A stretch of DNA of 58,342 nucleotides from a phage. The stretch lies in sequence record PZ445426.1. One strand, 5' to 3'. Below the pieces are notes generated by a model that was given only the letters and a program-made list of their open reading frames with translations, did not search any database and was not told where the DNA came from. Below, one piece after another: positions 1 to 9,922 of the stretch (positions within the stretch are counted from its first letter, which is position 1; each line of letters starts with the position of its first letter). Position numbers and translations under genes: made by a program.

Positions 1-1560
1 ATGGAGCTAAACCGACAACCTGATAACATGCCGCGAGTAGTCTGGAAGCCACATCCAGGTTCACAGACGCTCGCTTTATCCTGCCCTGCTGATATCATTT
101 TATACCACGGTACTCGCGGTCCTGGAAAGACGGACTGCCAGCTTATGCGTTTCCGTAAGAATGTTGGCGTAGGGTATGGTAAGTTCTGGAAGGGTATTAT
201 ATTCGACCGTGAATATAAAAACCTTGATGACCTTGTAACCAAATCACAGCGTTGGTTCCCCGAATTTAAAGATGGTGCTAAATTCCTTAGCTCCAAGTCT
301 GATTATAAATGGGTTTGGCCCACTGGGGAAGAATTGCTGTTCCGTGTTGCTTGCAAAGAAAAGGATTATTGGTCTTATCATGGTCACGAATACCCGTTTA
401 TCGGATGGAACGAATTAACAAAGTATCCGGACGGGCGTTTGTTTGAAGCAATGATGTCCTGTAACCGTTCATCGTTCCTACCAGAAGATAATCCAATTAT
501 CAATCCGGATGGTACTGTCACATATTTACCAGATATTCCTCTGGAAGTGTTCGCTACCAGTAACCCGTTTGGTGCGGGGCATAACTGGGTTAAGAAACGC
601 TTCATTGACGCTGCGCCGATGGGTAAAATACTCAGGAAAACTACGCGAGTGTTCAACCCGCGGACGCAGAAAGAGGAAGATGTGGTTACGACGCAATGCC
701 ATATCTTCGGATCTTATCGTGAGAACAAAAACCTAAGCCCAAAATATATTGCAGAGCTTATGTCTATCACAGACCCGAACAAACGCGCTGCATGGTTGGG
801 TGGTAGCTGGGATATTACTTCAGGTGGTATGTTCGATGACCTGTGGCGTAGCACGGTTCATAAAATACGCCCTTTCCCGATTCCAGCGAGTTGGAAGATC
901 ACACGTTCTTTCGACTGGGGTTCTTCAAAACCTTTCTCTGTTGGTTGGTGGGCTATTAGTGATGGTTCGGACGTTGTGCGTGAAGATGGTACTACATTCT
1001 CCACGGTCCGCGGTGACCTGTTTAGGATTAACGAATGGTACGGGACCAACGGTAAAACAAACGAAGGTCTACATTTGCTGGACTCAGAGATTGCAAGCGG
1101 TATACTGGAGCGGGAATTGGCCTGGGGTATACACGATCGTGTAGTTCCTGGACCTGCGGATAACTCTATTTGGGATCTGGAGAACAATAACTCTACCGCT
1201 GCAACAATGGCGAAGAAAATTCGTCTTAACGGGAAGTTATACGACGGTATACATTGGAAGCGTAGTGATAAGTCTGCTGGGTCACGTAAACGCGGATGGC
1301 AGAAAATGCGTGAGTTTCTTAAAGCTGCATTGCGGGAAGATGCAAACGGTAAGCCTTTGCCGGGACCACGTGAAAATCCAGCAATGTATGTTTTCGATAA
1401 CTGCAATTATTTCTTTGAACTTGTTCCAAGTCTTCCGCGCGATGAAGTAGATCAGGACGACGTTGATACGGAATGTGAAGACCATATGGGCGATGAAGTT
1501 CGTTATATGGTTCTGGATCAAGCTGTTTATACAGGTGTTGGCAAAACTATCGGTATTTAA
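1..1560 (+). CDS. terL: terminase large subunit
   Basis: 519-aa ORF; Walker A-like GTRGPGKT near N-terminus; first gene of the packaging/head block; terS-like ORF at window end. Start could be ATG at 28. Confidence 0.75.
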   Translation: MELNRQPDNMPRVVWKPHPGSQTLALSCPADIILYHGTRGPGKTDCQLMRFRKNVGVGYGKFWKGIIFDREYKNLDDLVTKSQRWFPEFKDGAKFLSSKSDYKWVWPTGEELLFRVACKEKDYWSYHGHEYPFIGWNELTKYPDGRLFEAMMSCNRSSFLPEDNPIINPDGTVTYLPDIPLEVFATSNPFGAGHNWVKKRFIDAAPMGKILRKTTRVFNPRTQKEEDVVTTQCHIFGSYRENKNLSPKYIAELMSITDPNKRAAWLGGSWDITSGGMFDDLWRSTVHKIRPFPIPASWKITRSFDWGSSKPFSVGWWAISDGSDVVREDGTTFSTVRGDLFRINEWYGTNGKTNEGLHLLDSEIASGILERELAWGIHDRVVPGPADNSIWDLENNNSTAATMAKKIRLNGKLYDGIHWKRSDKSAGSRKRGWQKMREFLKAALREDANGKPLPGPRENPAMYVFDNCNYFFELVPSLPRDEVDQDDVDTECEDHMGDEVRYMVLDQAVYTGVGKTIGI

Positions 1561-1571
1561 CTGGAGGGTAT

Positions 1572-3068
1572 ATGGGTATTGATGCAACTCACCCGCTATA
1601 TGACAAGTGGAAGGACGCATGGGTTAAGTGCAACGACTGCTATGAGGGTGAAGATAAAATTAAGGAAGAAGGTGTTAAATATCTACCACCTTTAGCTTCC
1701 ATGCTTATTGATGGGATGAATAATCCTAATGATCTGGGCTTTCAACGTTGGCTCGCTTATCGTCTGCGTGCTAACTTCCCTGACGATTATTCAAGTGCTG
1801 TTACAAACAATTTAGGTCTGCTGCACCAGAAGCCGCCTACAATCCAGCTTCCTCCTGAAATGGAGTACATGCGGGAGCTGTGTACTGCGGACGGTGAAGA
1901 CATTATTGCTCTGCTACGTCGCATCAACGAAATGCAGTTAAAAAATGGACGTTTGGGCCTGCTGCTGGACTTGCCAAAAGGTGAGGATGTAAATAACAGA
2001 CCGTATATTAGCGTTTATGATGCTTTATCCATTATCAACTGGGATGATGGTAAAGATGAACTAGGTAATATCAACTTGAACATGGTTGTACTGGATGAAA
2101 GCGGTCCTGTACGTGTTAATCAGTTTGACTGGAAAGAAGAGAAGCGTTATCGGGTTCTGCAATTAGGTCCGATGGACACAGATGAAGTTGCAGGTGGTGC
2201 GGTTTACTCCCAGCATCTATTTATCAACAATACCAATTATGATGAAGGGCAAATGATTGCTCCTTATTATAAAGGTAATACGCTGGACGAAATACCTTTC
2301 CAGTTTGTTAATACAACAGATATTACACCAGCACCGGAAGCGCCTCCATTGTTGGGGCTAGCTAACATCTGCTTAAGCATGTACCGAAGTGACGCTGATT
2401 ACCGTCAAAGTCTGCATATGCAGGGTCAGGACACGTTAGTTGTTGTTGGTGGCTCGGGTGAGAATGGAGATAAAGCCCCTCAGCGCATCGGTCCTGGAGC
2501 GGTCATTAACGTTGCTCTTGGGGGTGACGCTAAATATGTAGGCGTTAGCGGCGATGGTTTGTCCGAGCAACGCCTTGCATTGGCAGCGGATAAGCAGGAA
2601 GCTCAGATTAAAGCTGGGCAGATGGTAAACAACACCAAGAGCACGCAGGAATCAGGCGAAGCTATGAAAACGCGTATTGCTGCGCGTACCGCTAGCCTGA
2701 TTCGAATTGCGTATACTGGTGCGGCAGGTTTGGAAAACTTGCTGAAGGTCTGCGCTAAATGGATGGGTGCTGATCCAGAGAAAGTTGTGGTTAAGCCTAA
2801 TCTTGAATTTACCAAGAGCATGTTTAACGGTCAGGACTTTGTTCAAATTATTACTGCACGCAACCTTAAGGCTCCGATCAGCTTGCAGTCTATTCATGGC
2901 TGGCTTGTTGATCAGGGCTTAACCACACTAAGCTTTGAAGAAGAAATGGCAATTCTTGAAGAGGAGCTTAAGAAGTGGCCTCTGCCTGATGATGCTAAAG
3001 CTGATTTAAACGCAGAGCAGCAAGTAAACAAAGATCCTAAGGAAGACGACGCTTCCGATAAAGAATAG
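1572..3068 (+). CDS. putative portal protein
   Basis: 498-aa ORF directly after terL; GGAGGG RBS; call by size and position. Confidence 0.55.
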   Translation: MGIDATHPLYDKWKDAWVKCNDCYEGEDKIKEEGVKYLPPLASMLIDGMNNPNDLGFQRWLAYRLRANFPDDYSSAVTNNLGLLHQKPPTIQLPPEMEYMRELCTADGEDIIALLRRINEMQLKNGRLGLLLDLPKGEDVNNRPYISVYDALSIINWDDGKDELGNINLNMVVLDESGPVRVNQFDWKEEKRYRVLQLGPMDTDEVAGGAVYSQHLFINNTNYDEGQMIAPYYKGNTLDEIPFQFVNTTDITPAPEAPPLLGLANICLSMYRSDADYRQSLHMQGQDTLVVVGGSGENGDKAPQRIGPGAVINVALGGDAKYVGVSGDGLSEQRLALAADKQEAQIKAGQMVNNTKSTQESGEAMKTRIAARTASLIRIAYTGAAGLENLLKVCAKWMGADPEKVVVKPNLEFTKSMFNGQDFVQIITARNLKAPISLQSIHGWLVDQGLTTLSFEEEMAILEEELKKWPLPDDAKADLNAEQQVNKDPKEDDASDKE

Positions 3069-3098
3069 TTGCAACTTGCAAGTTGATCGGTTTATATT
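3069..3098 (+). promoter_or_regulatory. candidate sigma70-like promoter (TTGCAA-18-TATATT) overlapping a perfect 14-bp palindrome CAACTTGCAAGTTG (3072..3085)
   Basis: hexamers and palindrome read directly; lies between portal stop and next gene. Confidence 0.3.
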
Positions 3099-3163
3099 AA
3101 CGAACACGGGGCTGGGACGGCTCAGCTCCAAAAACGTCACACGGGTGACAACGGAGATAAGAA

Positions 3164-4036
3164 ATGAAAAAGAGTTCTGTAGCTATCAGTATTGGTCTTG
3201 CTCTAATTAATCCACGCGCTCGCGGTGAAGGTGATGTGGAATTGCAATACGAGTATGCATCTGCGGAAGAAATCCCGGCAGAATTTGCAACTCTTTACGC
3301 AGAGCAGGGCGGTAAATACGTTCTTGCAAAAGTCAAAGGTGTAGCACCTGCTGATAGCGTTCGTCGTCTGGAAAGTGCGTTAGCAAAAGAGCGTAACGAT
3401 CATCGTCAGGTGAAACAACAAATTAGCGCACTGGGACGTCCAGTTGAAGAAGTCCTGGCGGATTTGGATCGTATCCCTGAGCTGGAAGCTGCTGCTAACG
3501 GTAAAGGTAATCCGGAAGACATTGAGAAGATGGTCAAAGCCCGTCTTGCTCCGCTTGAGCGCCAATTGCAAACTGTTATCACCGAGCGTGACACGGTTAA
3601 GCAGGAAATTGAAGGCTACCGCACTCGCGAAACTAAAGCGAAGATTAAAGATGCAGTTATTGCCGCTGCATCCGGTGCTAAGCTGCGTCCGTCTGCTATT
3701 GAAGATGCGGTGACTTATGCACAGTTGCAAATGACAGTCGACGAGAACGGCAATGTGGTTACGAAAGATGGGGCTGGTGTAACTCCTTACCTGACTCCGG
3801 CGGATTGGCTGAACGAAATCCTTCCGAAACGTCCGCACTGGGTTGAAGGTTCTGCTGGTGGCGGTGCATCTGGTCCTGGCGCTGGCGGTCATCACGGTGA
3901 AGACCCGTACAGTCACGACGGTTGGAACATCTCTAAGCAGATGAATCTCTGGAAAACTAATCAATCTTTAGCTAAACGCTTAGCTGAAAAGAATGGCGTA
4001 GACCCGCTGAAGCCTGTACGTCCTGCTAAGAAATAA
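3164..4036 (+). CDS. putative scaffolding protein
   Basis: 290 aa; charged, coiled-coil-like middle and Gly-rich C-terminus; between portal and capsid genes; GGAG RBS. Confidence 0.4.
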   Translation: MKKSSVAISIGLALINPRARGEGDVELQYEYASAEEIPAEFATLYAEQGGKYVLAKVKGVAPADSVRRLESALAKERNDHRQVKQQISALGRPVEEVLADLDRIPELEAAANGKGNPEDIEKMVKARLAPLERQLQTVITERDTVKQEIEGYRTRETKAKIKDAVIAAASGAKLRPSAIEDAVTYAQLQMTVDENGNVVTKDGAGVTPYLTPADWLNEILPKRPHWVEGSAGGGASGPGAGGHHGEDPYSHDGWNISKQMNLWKTNQSLAKRLAEKNGVDPLKPVRPAKK

Positions 4037-4037
4037 G

Positions 4038-4083
4038 TTGACATCCCGACGTCCCTGATGTTAAGTTTCAACACATCAGGGAC
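4038..4083 (+). promoter_or_regulatory. TTGACA hexamer (4038..4043) followed by perfect 11-bp inverted repeat GTCCCTGATGT/ACATCAGGGAC (4051..4083) upstream of capsid gene
   Basis: read directly; no U-tract after the stem so not a classic terminator. Confidence 0.3.
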
Positions 4084-4158
4084 ACGGGTTCCTAAACAGC
4101 CTTCCACGGGGAAAGGCTACCAACAGTAAACAAATCAATCCTTTTCCTGGAGACAAGT

Positions 4159-5220
4159 ATGTCTAAATCTAAAATTATTCTACCATTTGGTCGTGGTGAA
4201 ACTGACCTGACTCGTTTGAAGGATGTCATTGTCCCTGAGATCTTCACTGGTTATGTGCAGACGCAGACTGCTGAACTTTCTGCTCTGATTCAATCCGGTG
4301 CGGTTGTAATGGACGAGCGTTTATCTGCTAACCTTGCTGGTGCAGGTCTGACTTTTAACGAGCCGTTCTATAACGACCTGAAAGATGAAGACGAAGATAT
4401 CGCGGTTGATAAAGGCAATCCGTCCAAACCGTCAAACATCACTACCGGATCTGAAGTTCAGGTTCGTATGAGCCGTTCGAAATCCTGGGGTTCTGCGGAT
4501 CTGGTATCAGCTTTGATTGGTAACGACCCAATGACCGCTATCGGTAACCGCGTGTCTGCGTGGTGGGTTCGCCGTCTGCAAGCTGCATACATCGCAACCT
4601 GGAAAGGCGTATTTGCTAATGCGAAGAAATCCCATAAGGATGATCTGACGTTCGATATTTCCGGTTCTTCATTTGTAAACAACCAGACCAACTTTACCGC
4701 GTCTAACTTCATCAACGCAACTGCAACGATGGGTGATGCTGCTCGTGGTCTGACCATGATTATGGTTCACTCTACCGTTCGTAACCGTATGCGTCAGCTA
4801 AACCTGATCGACTTCATTCCGGATGCTCGCGGCGAAACTCAGTTTGAGTATTATCAGGGTCTGCGTATTATTGAAGACGACTCCATGCCGCACGAACCGT
4901 CTACTGGTGTGTTTGAAAGCTGGCTGTTCGGCCCGGGCGCGACTGCAATGGGTGCTGGATCACCGAAAGTTCCGACCGCTGTGGTGCGTGACGAAGCCGC
5001 TAACCAAGGCGCTGGTGAAGAAGTTCTTCACAACCGTGTTGAATGGATTCTGCATCCGGTTGGCCATGCTTGGGCTGCTACTCAAACTGCTAAAGGTGGT
5101 CCGTCTAACGCTGCAACTACTAACAACCTGGCCCATGAAGATTCCTGGCGTCGTGCGTTCCCTGAGCGCAAGCAGCTTAAAGTTGCGCGCCTGATCACTC
5201 GTGAGTATCAGGGTTCCTAA
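4159..5220 (+). CDS. major capsid protein
   Basis: 353-aa ORF with GGAGA RBS after the scaffold-like gene and before an intrinsic terminator; call by position. Confidence 0.55.
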   Translation: MSKSKIILPFGRGETDLTRLKDVIVPEIFTGYVQTQTAELSALIQSGAVVMDERLSANLAGAGLTFNEPFYNDLKDEDEDIAVDKGNPSKPSNITTGSEVQVRMSRSKSWGSADLVSALIGNDPMTAIGNRVSAWWVRRLQAAYIATWKGVFANAKKSHKDDLTFDISGSSFVNNQTNFTASNFINATATMGDAARGLTMIMVHSTVRNRMRQLNLIDFIPDARGETQFEYYQGLRIIEDDSMPHEPSTGVFESWLFGPGATAMGAGSPKVPTAVVRDEAANQGAGEEVLHNRVEWILHPVGHAWAATQTAKGGPSNAATTNNLAHEDSWRRAFPERKQLKVARLITREYQGS

Positions 5221-5251
5221 GGCTTCACTCAACGCCGCGCTGTAGTATTTT

Positions 5252-5277
5252 GGGGACATTTATGTCCCCTCTTTTTT
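5252..5277 (+). terminator. rho-independent terminator (GGGGACA-ttta-TGTCCCC + T-tract)
   Basis: stem-loop and T-run read directly downstream of the capsid gene. Confidence 0.6.
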
Positions 5278-5289
5278 AGGAGAACAACC

Positions 5290-5613
5290 ATGCGTTATCA
5301 ACGTTATGAACGACATGACTTGATGGAAAAATCGTTGCAGGTGGAGCCAATTTCGATTACTCTCGATCCTGCTACGATTGACACCACAACTTCAGAAGTA
5401 AAAACGGTTACTGTTAAAATAAACTTTGTCCCAGGCGGAACTACAAACAAAGCGTATAGTGCGTCAGTTGACGGTTCCTCTGCTACAATTAAAGACAACG
5501 GGGACGGTACAATTACTGTGACCACAACCGCAAGCAGTGGTACTTCAAACTTGACAGTAACGTCCAAGGCAAAGGATAGTGTTACTGGTACATGTGTTAT
5601 TAATGTGACCTAA
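5290..5613 (+). CDS. Ig-like (Big_2-like) domain protein, possible capsid decoration protein
   Basis: 107 aa; Thr/Ser/Val-rich beta-strand pattern (GDGTITVTTTASSGTSNLTVTSKA) typical of bacterial Ig-like domains; AGGAGA RBS. Confidence 0.45.
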   Translation: MRYQRYERHDLMEKSLQVEPISITLDPATIDTTTSEVKTVTVKINFVPGGTTNKAYSASVDGSSATIKDNGDGTITVTTTASSGTSNLTVTSKAKDSVTGTCVINVT

Positions 5614-5630
5614 AAAATAAGGATTAAACA

Positions 5631-6284
5631 ATGAAGACATTAATTGAAGCATTGTTAGAACTTGATCCGGAGAACCCGAATCATTGGACCAGCGATGGCT
5701 TACCTAAAGTTGATGCTCTGCGTTTCGCTACCGCTAACCCGTCTTTAACCCGCGACGATATTACAACTGCTGCTCCGCTGTTTACCCGCGATAACCGCGT
5801 GCTGGAAGAGCCCGAGCCAGTGGAACCTGTTAAATCTGCTGATCCAGTTTTACATGAATCTGTCAAACAGGAGAAAGCTCATGAAGAACAAAAGAAAGTC
5901 GCGGTTGCAACGATGCAAATCGAAGTTAAGATTAGCGAAGCATTGCGTGCTCTTCTGGAGCCGGAAAAAATCGGTGACACTTCCAGCCTAAGCGATGAAG
6001 AGCTGAAAGCGAAGCGTGAAAAGCTTAGCAATGTGGTTAAAGAGATTGCCCACACTAAGCACGCGCTGGAGCTTGCTATTGCCGACGTTCAAGCGGATCT
6101 GGATAAGATTATCGTTGAGCAGGAAAGTCGTCGTCCTAAGTCCGGTCTTACTGCAACTCAAATGTATCTTGAAGCGCAGAAAAAACGTAAACCTGAAGAC
6201 ATGCTTTCTGACCATCGCTTCCAGAACCCTATTGACGATCCGGTCGCCCGTATGGTTGCACGTAATATGATGCGTCGAGGTTAA
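5631..6284 (+). CDS. hypothetical protein (head module)
   Basis: 217-aa ORF with AAGGA RBS; acidic/coiled-coil-like; no recognisable motif. Confidence 0.45.
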   Translation: MKTLIEALLELDPENPNHWTSDGLPKVDALRFATANPSLTRDDITTAAPLFTRDNRVLEEPEPVEPVKSADPVLHESVKQEKAHEEQKKVAVATMQIEVKISEALRALLEPEKIGDTSSLSDEELKAKREKLSNVVKEIAHTKHALELAIADVQADLDKIIVEQESRRPKSGLTATQMYLEAQKKRKPEDMLSDHRFQNPIDDPVARMVARNMMRRG

Positions 6285-6338
6285 CCATGGAAATGAGCCA
6301 TAGACAATATGTGTTGTGGCTCCTCCGACGTAATAGAA

Positions 6339-6368
6339 AACGGCGTCAAGAAGACGCCGTTTCTGTTC
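6339..6368 (+). terminator. possible weak intrinsic terminator (AACGGCGTC-aagaa-GACGCCGTT + tctgtt)
   Basis: 9-bp stem read directly; poor U-tract. Confidence 0.3.
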
Positions 6369-6422
6369 CTGAAGAAGAGCTCCCGCCGCTTATCCCTACA
6401 ACCATCGCAATGAGGAAGAAAG

Positions 6423-6929
6423 ATGGAGATTTCACTGATAGTTGAAGATGGTACTGGTGTACCGGATGCTAACAGTTATGTGACCATTGAACAAGTCCGC
6501 ATGTATGCCGCAATGCGAGGTATTGTACTTCCAAGTGAAGATGAAGATCTAAAGACAAAGATCTTCGACGCTATGGATTTTGTGGAAGGATACGGTCAAC
6601 GGTTTAAGGGTTACAAAATGGACCCACAGCAACCGCTAAATTGGCCACGCTACGGGGTGTTTGTGGATGGGTTCGAGCTACCCCAAAGCCCTTTACCAAA
6701 GGCGCTTATAAACGCGGTTTGCCAGCTTACAGCGGACTCAGCTACTGGCGGTCCCCTTAATGGGAAAACTACTGCATATGCAGTCAAAAGAACTAAAGTA
6801 GAAGGTCTTGAGATTGAATATGCAACTGGTAGCACAGCACAGTCAGGTCCAGCAAAAACATATGATAAAGCTATGACGTTTTTATCACCTTTGCTGGGTT
6901 ATCAAATGGGTAACAGATTAATACGGTGA
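6423..6929 (+). CDS. putative head-tail connector/adaptor protein
   Basis: 168-aa ORF; first of four short, translationally coupled genes between head and tail genes. Confidence 0.4.
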   Translation: MEISLIVEDGTGVPDANSYVTIEQVRMYAAMRGIVLPSEDEDLKTKIFDAMDFVEGYGQRFKGYKMDPQQPLNWPRYGVFVDGFELPQSPLPKALINAVCQLTADSATGGPLNGKTTAYAVKRTKVEGLEIEYATGSTAQSGPAKTYDKAMTFLSPLLGYQMGNRLIR

Positions 6930-6932
6930 TTT

Positions 6933-7313
6933 ATGAGCTTTCCTTATGAGCAGTTAGTTGAAGCTGCAAAGCAAATGATCAACGACGCTGGCGTGAACTG
7001 TACCCTTGTGGTTATGGAAAAAGGAGAAGGTCAAGATGAGTGGGACGATCCTAGTGTTGAAAAACGCTACCCATTTATCGGAGCTTTTCTTTCTCCGAAG
7101 GAAAAAATGATCGGTGGGAGCCTTGTTGCTACTGGCGAATTGAAAGTCTTAACCTATCCAATGACTCCGCCGCTGACACGTGATAAAGCAATGACTGCAC
7201 GTATTGAGCGCATGTCTCCCGACGGTGAGTTGGAAGTATGGACAATTAACGAGTTCGTTGATACAAGACCTGCTAATGTTTCTGTTCTTTATACTTTCAA
7301 GGTGACGCGATAA
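6933..7313 (+). CDS. putative head-tail joining protein
   Basis: 126-aa ORF; tightly packed with flanking genes. Confidence 0.4.
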   Translation: MSFPYEQLVEAAKQMINDAGVNCTLVVMEKGEGQDEWDDPSVEKRYPFIGAFLSPKEKMIGGSLVATGELKVLTYPMTPPLTRDKAMTARIERMSPDGELEVWTINEFVDTRPANVSVLYTFKVTR

Positions 7314-7720
7314 TGGGATTCGGGGCGGATATACGGCGTGCAAGTCAAAAGGTGCTTGTCCAGACTGGGGAGCAAGCCAAAAAGGTTGTTGTCAAGTTCA
7401 CGGAGAATGTAATTCAGGATACTCCTGTTAAAACCGGACGTACAAAAGGCGGTTGGCGTTCATCCATTGGTGCACCATATGCGACGGAAACTATCCGCCT
7501 CGATCCTACTGGGGAATTAGCTAAAGCGGAAGCTAGGGTTATCGTAAGACAGTTGCCATATGATAAAGACTGGACTTTCTACTTTAGCAACTTGACCCCG
7601 TATGCTCCGAAACTTGAATATCTTGGTTGGTCGCAGCAAGCGCCAAATGGCATGGTGCGTATTAACGTAGCGAAGCTTCCGATGTTGATACGCCAAGCTA
7701 TTGTAGAAGGAAAACTATAA
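7313..7720 (+). CDS. putative head-tail joining / tail completion protein
   Basis: 135-aa ORF; start overlaps upstream stop. Confidence 0.4.
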   Translation: MGFGADIRRASQKVLVQTGEQAKKVVVKFTENVIQDTPVKTGRTKGGWRSSIGAPYATETIRLDPTGELAKAEARVIVRQLPYDKDWTFYFSNLTPYAPKLEYLGWSQQAPNGMVRINVAKLPMLIRQAIVEGKL

Positions 7721-8169
7721 TGCTGGGATACGATTTTATCAATGACGCATTTAATAAGATGCTACGCGAAGCCGTTGGACCGGATATCGGTATAGCTTGG
7801 AAGAACAAGAAGTTTACACCCAAAGCGAATCAGATGTGGTTAAAGGCAATCAATGCACCTGCATCCACATACGCGGCAACGTTAGGTGACAACGGTCTGA
7901 ATGAAATTCCGGGATTCTATCAAGTCACAGTGTACAGTCCGTTAAACACTGGAACGTCTAAACAGAATCAAATCTTGGATTCCATTCGGAAAAAGTTTAA
8001 ACTGGGCTTGCGTATCCCGTGCCCGGATGACCACACGTTACGGATTGTCAGTTTAGACTTTTCGCAAGGTGGGCAAACTTCGCTGAACGATTTTACCAAA
8101 GGCGGGGTTGAAGATAACTGGGACGTTAACTTTATCACAATCTATTGGTCGGCTCGTGAGCCGAGGTAA
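7720..8169 (+). CDS. putative tail terminator / tail completion protein
   Basis: 149-aa ORF; start overlaps upstream stop; precedes major tail gene. Confidence 0.4.
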   Translation: MLGYDFINDAFNKMLREAVGPDIGIAWKNKKFTPKANQMWLKAINAPASTYAATLGDNGLNEIPGFYQVTVYSPLNTGTSKQNQILDSIRKKFKLGLRIPCPDDHTLRIVSLDFSQGGQTSLNDFTKGGVEDNWDVNFITIYWSAREPR

Positions 8170-8183
8170 GAGAGGATCTAAAT

Positions 8184-9107
8184 ATGGCTACAGGTTCACG
8201 TTATTCGTGTTATTACGTCAAAGAAGATGTGAGCAACATAACTCCAGCGAACGCAAAGTTTACCCCGTTTCGTGTAACGAGTTCCGGTCTGGATATTAAC
8301 ATCGCGACGCTGGAGTCTGAAGAGCTGCGCGATGACGCAGAAACCGCAGACTTCCGTCTTGGCGCTCGAAGCGTTGAAGGTACGGTAACAGGCGAAATGT
8401 CCTTCGGTACATTTGACGACCTCATTGCGGCAGCACTGCGCGGTGAATGGCAAGACAACGTCCTTAAAGGCGGTATTGTCCGTCAGTCATTTACTTTTGT
8501 AGACTATAACGCAGATCTGCCGTCAGGTAAATATACAATCTATCGCGGTTGTGAAGTTAATAGCATGACTTTCTCATTGTCTGCTGAAAACATGACCACA
8601 GTAGAGTTCGGTATTGTTGGTCGCTCGATGGAAATTGCGGAATCGCTCCCATCTGGTGCAACTATCAACCCGCGTACAACTACTTCTCCGATGGATGGCT
8701 TCTCTGGCTGCTTGCTGGAAGACGACAAAGAGATCAGCGTTATTACGGAAATCGGTCTTACCGTTGAAAACGATATCGCTCCGCGCTTCGTTGTTGGCTC
8801 AAAGTTCTCCATTGAACCGTCTGCTGGTCGCCGTGCTGTAACTGGTACAGCTAACGTTTACTTCCTGGATAACAAGCTGCGTATGAAGTATCTGGATGAA
8901 GTGGAAACTTCAATCAAGTTTGATCTGATTGACCCAAGCAATCCGGAACAAAAATACACTGTGGAAATTCCTCGCGTGAAATTCACTGAAGCTCCGCGTC
9001 CTATTGACGGTGAAGGGGATATCATGCTTAATATGGGCTACCGCGGATTGCTGGACCCAACAACCGCAAGTTCCATCAAAATTACCCGCGTTTTAGCGGC
9101 AGCATAA
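8184..9107 (+). CDS. putative major tail protein
   Basis: 307-aa ORF with strong RBS directly upstream of the chaperone/frameshift/tape-measure genes. Confidence 0.5.
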   Translation: MATGSRYSCYYVKEDVSNITPANAKFTPFRVTSSGLDINIATLESEELRDDAETADFRLGARSVEGTVTGEMSFGTFDDLIAAALRGEWQDNVLKGGIVRQSFTFVDYNADLPSGKYTIYRGCEVNSMTFSLSAENMTTVEFGIVGRSMEIAESLPSGATINPRTTTSPMDGFSGCLLEDDKEISVITEIGLTVENDIAPRFVVGSKFSIEPSAGRRAVTGTANVYFLDNKLRMKYLDEVETSIKFDLIDPSNPEQKYTVEIPRVKFTEAPRPIDGEGDIMLNMGYRGLLDPTTASSIKITRVLAAA

Positions 9108-9116
9108 GGATAAGAA

Positions 9117-9524
9117 ATGACCGACACCAAAAAAGGCAAAGTTGCAGTAGCTAAAAGCTTCCGTGATTTTAAAACTGTGAGCCGGGCAAACGACCCGGCA
9201 AACACTAAGCCCATGAATGTGGTTATTCCTGGTGTAGGCGACACTGGCGAAAAACTCTACATTCGTAGCCGTTATTGCACTGAGTACCGTGAAGCTGAAC
9301 TGAAAGCACAACGTCAATTGTTGGCTCTTATGCAGGGTAAAGACGGGGAAGTAACGGATGCTATGAAGGAAGACATCCTTACCCGTTCACTGTGTAACCT
9401 TGTAGCAGGTTGGACCTTTGATGAGCCGCCGACCGTTGACAACGTGTTTGAGTTCTTAACGGAGAACCCAACTGTTCGAGAAGACCTTAACGTATTTGCC
9501 GCCAAAGATAGTAATTTTTTCTAA
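9117..9524 (+). CDS. tail assembly chaperone (lambda G-like)
   Basis: 135-aa ORF before the tape measure gene; ends in slippery heptamer T_TTT_TTC just before its stop. Confidence 0.55.
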   Translation: MTDTKKGKVAVAKSFRDFKTVSRANDPANTKPMNVVIPGVGDTGEKLYIRSRYCTEYREAELKAQRQLLALMQGKDGEVTDAMKEDILTRSLCNLVAGWTFDEPPTVDNVFEFLTENPTVREDLNVFAAKDSNFF

Positions 9525-9922
9525 AAGCGCGCAGACAGTTAATTGATAAGAAGATTCTCCAATGGGAACTAAATAGTAAAGTCCCCGGCGGGGGATCTTC
9601 TTTATTATCGCAACTGCAAAAGGTTGAGGAACAGTCTGGTAAGACGCCGCCTAAGCTTAAAGAATATCGGGAAAAGGAAATACCAATCTGCTTTGAATAC
9701 TTGTCTACTTTATTTGATGACATTTACACCGGAGGAGATTTTAGTTATACAGAATTGCACAGCTATCAGGTAACGATGGGCCTACATCTTCAACCGTACG
9801 AATGCGAAATACTGCGGCAGCTATGGCTTGAAAAGCGCGTGTCTGAAGCTGAACAAAATGCTAAACTCATGGAAAGTCAAATGCAAAATCAGAATAAAGG
9901 TAGAAGGAAAAGGAGAAGGTAA
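9117..9922 (+). CDS. tail assembly chaperone frameshift product (lambda GT-like), programmed -1 shift at 9515..9521
   Basis: canonical X_XXY_YYZ heptamer TTTTTTC at 9515..9521; the -1 frame is open from 9521 to 9922 and ends where the tape measure gene starts. Confidence 0.5.

Noticed and set aside
858-1406. 182-aa minus-strand ORF inside terL
   Set aside because: Antisense to a well-supported gene; no RBS
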